Shown in pieces: positions 55,902 through 60,280 of a stretch of 60,280 nt of DNA. The notes beneath the pieces are model-generated. The model did not search any database, was not told the origin of the DNA, and saw only the letters and a list, made by a program, of their open reading frames with translations. Numbering within the stretch: position 1 is the stretch's first letter; each line of letters opens with the position of its first letter. A program made the position numbers and the translations under genes. This stretch comes from Acidobacteriota bacterium (GTDB lineage Bacteria > Acidobacteriota > Thermoanaerobaculia > UBA5066 > Gp7-AA6), in contig JBKOZO010000083.1 in NCBI GenBank assembly GCA_046725935.1, forward strand, positions 1 through 60,280, read 5' to 3'.

Positions 55902-56860
55902 CCAACCTCTACGAGCAGCAGAAGCGCAACATCACCAACACGCGCCTCTTCATCGCCGGCTTCATCCTGCTGCTCGTTTTCCTGGGTCTCGGCGCCGACG
56001 GCATGCTCTACGCGGGCGGCTTCTCGCCCGGTCTTCCGATCGCAACACTCGGGGCCCTCTGCGTGGGGGGGATGTCGGCATGGTGGTCCCTCCACGGCGG
56101 TGACCGAGCGGTCCTAGAGTCCACGCGCGCCGCGCCGCTGGACCCCTCGGACCCGCCGCAGCGTGTCCTCGACAACGTCGTCGAGGAAATGGCGATCGCG
56201 TCGGGGCTGCCGAAGCCCGCGGTCTATGTGATCCCGGACTCGGACCCCAACGCCTTCGCCACCGGCACCGGACCGGAGAAGTCCTCGATCGCCGTGACCC
56301 GCGGCCTCCTCGACAAGCTCGACCGCGAGGAGCTCCAGGCCGTGGTATCGCACGAGATGTCGCACGTCCGGAATTTCGACGTGCGGTTGATGACGGTGGT
56401 CGCCGCTCTCGCCGGCGCGATCCTGCTGCTCTCCGACTGGGGCCGCCGTGGGTTCGGCTGGGGTCTGGGCCGGCGCCGCGACTCGAAAGGCGGGGGCGCC
56501 GCCGGGCTCCTCTTCGCCTTCGTCTGGATCGTGTCGATCCTGCTCGCCCCGTTCGTGGCGCAGCTGGTCGCCATGGCGGTCTCGCGTCAGCGCGAGTACC
56601 TGGCGGACGCCTCGGGCGCCGAGCTGACGCGCAACCCGCTCGCCCTCGCCTCGGCCCTCGAGAAGATCGCGGCCGAGAAGGGCCCCACGCCTTCGATCAA
56701 GCAGGGCGTGGCGCACCTCTGCATCGAGGACCCGCGCGGAGGATCGCTCGAGCAGAAGGAAGGCTGGTTCGCGAACCTGTTCGCGACGCACCCGCCCATC
56801 GCCAAGCGCATCGCGCTCCTGCGCGAGATGGCCTATCAGCCGGCCGCCCGGCCCGGCTAG
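55898..56860 (+). CDS. htpX: M48 zinc metalloprotease, HtpX family
   Basis: PNAFATG, VTRGLL, HEMSH, SRQREYLADA, THPP; follows lemA. Confidence 0.9.
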   Translation: MTNLYEQQKRNITNTRLFIAGFILLLVFLGLGADGMLYAGGFSPGLPIATLGALCVGGMSAWWSLHGGDRAVLESTRAAPLDPSDPPQRVLDNVVEEMAIASGLPKPAVYVIPDSDPNAFATGTGPEKSSIAVTRGLLDKLDREELQAVVSHEMSHVRNFDVRLMTVVAALAGAILLLSDWGRRGFGWGLGRRRDSKGGGAAGLLFAFVWIVSILLAPFVAQLVAMAVSRQREYLADASGAELTRNPLALASALEKIAAEKGPTPSIKQGVAHLCIEDPRGGSLEQKEGWFANLFATHPPIAKRIALLREMAYQPAARPG

Positions 56861-58722
56861 AAGTAGCGGCGGCCGTCGAAAAAGATCCGCAGATAGACGA
56901 GATAGCGATTCTGCAGGGGCGGAGCGGGAACTTCCGGCTGGTCCACGATCACGGCCGAGACGGGGTGATCGAAGCCGAGCCCCAGTTGCAGGAACGTCGC
57001 GAACGTATAGCGGGTCCCGTACTCCCGGAACGGCCGGTACTCCAAAACCGGGAAATCCCACTGCAGCGACTTGACGGCGAGGGGAATGACGTCCGGATCC
57101 TCGGGGTTGCCGACCACGGCGAGGAAGGCGTCCTTCGTGCCATAGCCGAAGAGCGTCACCCCGACCTCTCGGCCCGCCACGAGCTGGACGTCGCCGATGG
57201 GTGTGGAGATCCGCCGCTGCCACGGGATGAGTCCGCCGTCGGCGGCGGTGATCGCCATCTTCTCGAGCGCCTTCGGATCCGTGAACGCGAGCACCGGGGC
57301 CGCGAGCACGAGATCTCCGGGGATGAGCCAGAACGGGAGGCGCAGCCGGAACTGCAGGCCCGAGCGCGCCGGAGAGCCCGGCACGAACTGCTCGACGAGC
57401 GGATCCTTCTCGCACGGAGGGCACCCTCCGGAGGAGCGGGATTGGTTGACGAAGGCGGCCTCCACGAACACGAGGCCGTCGCCGTTGTTCCCGAGAAGCG
57501 CGTCGAGACCCAGTCCCAGGCGCACACCCACGTCGAGCTGACCCTGGACTCCCCCTTCCGAGTTGTTCGTGAATCCCGAGCTCGACCACAGCGCCGCTCC
57601 GCCGCTGGCGATACCGAGAAACGGGCCGATCTCGGCGCGGAACCTGGGAAGGGACGCGTACCCCGGCCCGCGGTACGGGACCGGCGTCCTCCCGACCACG
57701 TCCTGGAGGAGCGGCTTCACGCTCTCCGTCACCGTCCACGGAGGCATCGCCGTCGACTTGCAGACGTCGAACTTTCCCCCAAGGACCTCGGCCTGCAGCG
57801 TGACGGCCGCGACGCGACGCGCCTCTTCCGAGTCGGTGCGGCGCGCGGCGAGAAACTCGACCAGGCTGAGCCTCACCGCCTCGCCGCCTCTCTGAATGTC
57901 GGCGTCCTGCGCGTAGCCGTCGCCGAAGAGGATCATGTAGGCCCCGTTCCAACTCTCGGCATCGAGGCCGTTCTGGTTGTAGTAGTCGTGCGTCCCCTTC
58001 CGCTCGGCGGCGTTGCCCCAGGATCCCGCGATATGGCCCGCGGCGAAGGAATCCTCCAGAAAGTGCAGCGCGAAGAGCTCGAGGGCGAGGGCCATCCGCG
58101 CGTCGGCGCCTTCGGGCGCGTCGCCGCCGTGGGACATGCGCTGGAGCGCCGCGACGTGAAAGAGGACGTAGAGCGCCATCGCGTTCAACTCGCTGCCGGG
58201 CGCGAGCGACCGCACCGCGTACTCGGTGGGGTCGTCGACGTTGCGCGGAAGCAGGAAGTGCGCGTTGTTCGCGCCCGCGCGGGTGCTGTACTCGGGATCG
58301 CTGCGCTCGAGCCCGAGGTCCCCGACGACCCGCACGTTCGTCCTCTCGGCTTCGTTCTTCGCCTTCGTCAGGCCCGACTCCATGTGGGCCGTGACGGCGG
58401 CGACCTTCAGGATCCAGTCGCTTTGCAGGACCACCACGAGCAAGTCCTCGGGAGAGCAGGAGTGATCCCCCGCGATCGCCGCCCACGCCGCCAGGTCGAT
58501 GCATTGTGGTTTGGGCCCCTGATCGCCGGCCGCGGGCACTTCGCAAAGACGCGCCTCCCCCGCCCTGGCGGATGCCCACAGCGCGTCGAGCGCGGCGCGG
58601 TCTCGCGGCTCGAGCGTCTGGATCCCTTTGGCCGTGATCTCGCGGTGCTCGGGGTAGGTCCAACCCGTCATCGCTTTCGCCGACAGCAGAGCGAGGACGA
58701 ACAGGCCGATCCGGACTCTCAT
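56857..58722 (-). CDS. Exported protein: phospholipase C/P1-nuclease-like N-domain plus probable C-terminal beta barrel
   Basis: Signal peptide then W-x4-H; LHFLEDSFAAGH; HD; C-terminal amphipathic strands ending in F. Confidence 0.6.
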   Translation of the reverse strand: MRVRIGLFVLALLSAKAMTGWTYPEHREITAKGIQTLEPRDRAALDALWASARAGEARLCEVPAAGDQGPKPQCIDLAAWAAIAGDHSCSPEDLLVVVLQSDWILKVAAVTAHMESGLTKAKNEAERTNVRVVGDLGLERSDPEYSTRAGANNAHFLLPRNVDDPTEYAVRSLAPGSELNAMALYVLFHVAALQRMSHGGDAPEGADARMALALELFALHFLEDSFAAGHIAGSWGNAAERKGTHDYYNQNGLDAESWNGAYMILFGDGYAQDADIQRGGEAVRLSLVEFLAARRTDSEEARRVAAVTLQAEVLGGKFDVCKSTAMPPWTVTESVKPLLQDVVGRTPVPYRGPGYASLPRFRAEIGPFLGIASGGAALWSSSGFTNNSEGGVQGQLDVGVRLGLGLDALLGNNGDGLVFVEAAFVNQSRSSGGCPPCEKDPLVEQFVPGSPARSGLQFRLRLPFWLIPGDLVLAAPVLAFTDPKALEKMAITAADGGLIPWQRRISTPIGDVQLVAGREVGVTLFGYGTKDAFLAVVGNPEDPDVIPLAVKSLQWDFPVLEYRPFREYGTRYTFATFLQLGLGFDHPVSAVIVDQPEVPAPPLQNRYLVYLRIFFDGRRYF

Positions 58723-58733
58723 TTCCCGCCTCC

Positions 58734-59270
58734 TCATGCCGACCCTAGAGCCGCGGCGACGGTCTCCGGCACCGTCGTCGTGAAACGCACGGCGCCCCGG
58801 AGGGTCGCGGCTCCGCCGGCGTTCGAAGCCTCGGCCAGCGCCGTCTCCATCTGCGATCGCCAGAACTCCCCCATGAGCACGAACGGGCGCGGCCGGGTGA
58901 GCGCCTTGACCACCGACTCGGCCATCCAGAGCAACTCGAGCATCGTGCTGAGGCCGTGCGGAAGGAAGACCCAGGAGTCGGAGGAATCACGAAGGATCCG
59001 GAGGCGGTCGCCGAGGTCCTTCGCGACGGTGCGCTCCTTCACCCAGGCGTTCGGCTCGCTGCCGCCGGAAAGGATCACGCCGCGCGTCGTGCCGCCGGCC
59101 TCCGCGGCGCCGCGGCAGACCGCTTCCATCGTGCCGCCGTAGCCGCCGCAGACGACGCCCGCGCCGCGGCGCGCGATCTCGCCGCCCAGATCGAAGGCGA
59201 GGGTGTAGGCGTCGCTTCCGGGACGAGGCAGGCTCGAGCCGAAGACCCCGACGTGAACCGCCGGACTCAC
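58734..59270 (-). CDS. LOG-family (Rossmann-fold nucleotide-binding) protein
   Basis: VGVFGSS, VCGGYGGTMEA..RGA; the PGGxGT motif reads PHGLST. Confidence 0.82.
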   Translation of the reverse strand: MSPAVHVGVFGSSLPRPGSDAYTLAFDLGGEIARRGAGVVCGGYGGTMEAVCRGAAEAGGTTRGVILSGGSEPNAWVKERTVAKDLGDRLRILRDSSDSWVFLPHGLSTMLELLWMAESVVKALTRPRPFVLMGEFWRSQMETALAEASNAGGAATLRGAVRFTTTVPETVAAALGSA

Positions 59271-59788
59271 AGGTACCGGCGTCCTTCGAAGACCAGTCGC
59301 ACGTAGCCGAAGTATCGCGTCTGAAGGGATGGAACCGTGGCGCCTGGCGGGTCGATCACTATCGCTTCCAGCGGCTTGTCGAAGCCGGCCCCGAACTGGA
59401 AACGCAGCCCCAGCGCCTGCTCGATCGCGTTCTTGCGCAAGATCAGGTCGCCCTCGAGCACGGCGTCGAGCAAATCCGCGGGCGAGCAGGAGTGGTCGCC
59501 GCCGATCGCCGACCACGCGGCGAAGTCGACGCAAGGCCTCTCGAGTCCTTCGGCGCCGGTCCACGGCTTGGCGCAGAGGCGGACGTCGTGGCCATCCCGC
59601 GCAAGCCCCCAGAGCCGGGCCAGCGTCGCGGCACGCTCCGGCGTCAGCACCGCGATCGCGGCGCCTGCGATCGACCGGTGCTCCGAATAGACGAAGCCGC
59701 GCACCGGAGCATCGGCGAAGAGCCAGACCGCGAGGGCGAACGAAAGGAGCGGGGCACCGAGGCGGCGGCGACGATCAGTCGAGGTCAA
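59267..59788 (-). pseudogene. Internally deleted in-frame paralogue of the 56857-58722 gene
   Basis: N-terminal part aligns with that protein's start (EHR..LW..AR...C.D.AAW.AI.GDHSCSP.DLL) and joins directly to its last ~48 aa (GFD.P...RY..Y.R..F.GRRY). Confidence 0.65.
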
Positions 59789-60062
59789 TGTCCCGGACGG
59801 GCTTGGACGTGTCGCCTTTGGTCTTCTCGAACAGCTCCTGGAACTTGCGGTTGAGGACGTCCTTCTTGGACTTCTCGGCCTCGATGGACGCCGCGAATTT
59901 CTTCTCGCGCTCCTCGTCGGCGCCCTTCAGCGCCCCGAGGGCGTCGTCCACAGAGCCGTACTTGCGCGGCGTCTTCGGAGCCTCGTGATCGATGACGGCC
60001 TTCAGCTCCGGATCGACCTTGAGCCGGGCGTGGCAGCACGGGCAGAGGAGCTCGAAGTCCAT
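59775..60062 (-). CDS. Small hypothetical protein with N-terminal CPCC zinc-ribbon-like motif and coiled coil
   Basis: CPCCHARLKVD then a charged helical tail ending RDIDLD; host-like codon usage. Confidence 0.8.
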   Translation of the reverse strand: MDFELLCPCCHARLKVDPELKAVIDHEAPKTPRKYGSVDDALGALKGADEEREKKFAASIEAEKSKKDVLNRKFQELFEKTKGDTSKPVRDIDLD

Positions 60063-60087
60063 GACCGAAGTCTAGAACAGAAGCCGG

Positions 60088-60280
60088 CTAAGAGCGCTTG
60101 AAGCGGATGCGTTCCCTCCGATCCCGCTTGTCCGGCCGGCCCGCGTCGCCCCGCGGCGCGAGCATCCGGTCGAGGCGCCGCGCTTCTAGCACCTCGGGGT
60201 CGGGCGCCGGAGTGACATCCTCGTACAGCTTGCGCGCCTGTGCCTTCGGGACCGAGCGCTCGGCGAGGCCGCGCACGATC
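60088..60280 (-). CDS. hslR: Ribosome-associated heat shock protein Hsp15 (S4 domain), C-terminal part
   Basis: A..LYED...GRPDKRDRR C-terminal signature; truncated by window edge. Confidence 0.75.
   Translation of the reverse strand, partial: IVRGLAERSVPKAQARKLYEDVTPAPDPEVLEARRLDRMLAPRGDAGRPDKRDRRERIRFKRS

Overview
A very GC-rich bacterial chromosomal window. Gene style (Oar-type TonB receptor, many translationally coupled GTG/TTG starts) suggests Acidobacteriota, but that is an inference. In order: 3' part of smc; tRNA-Thr(CGT); TonB; an OprO/P-type porin divergent from an HTH-TOBE regulator plus modABC; a LytTR regulator with two LytS-type kinases (one catalytically degenerate, the other fused to a degenerate beta-lactamase-fold domain); a ~14 kb surface-glycosylation locus (GT-C, YfhO, GT2, DprE1/DprE2-like pair, methyltransferases, radical SAM/SPASM, a three-domain GT); a TonB receptor with a sigma-54 promoter; a long minus-strand run beginning with a bufferin-type MNIO (DUF692) RiPP cluster and ending in DoxX; pgl and a proline iminopeptidase. 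The most unusual part is 45058-54009: STAS, a triple-GAF-HlyD fusion and an RRE/PqqD-like-M50 protease-HlyD fusion converge on a 138-aa protein (48-aa leader plus ten 9-aa RAAGKS[VI]AG repeats). That gene has a sigma-54 promoter and enhancer-like sites and lies downstream of a PrsR-like activator, a sensor-less PrsK-like kinase and a third membrane-fusion protein. No ABC, RND or TolC gene is in view. The window ends with an orphan DGQHR protein, lemA-htpX, a PLC/P1-nuclease-like plus beta-barrel protein with an internally deleted paralogue, and part of hslR. All family calls come from motif recognition by eye; no searches were run, and several start codons are best guesses.
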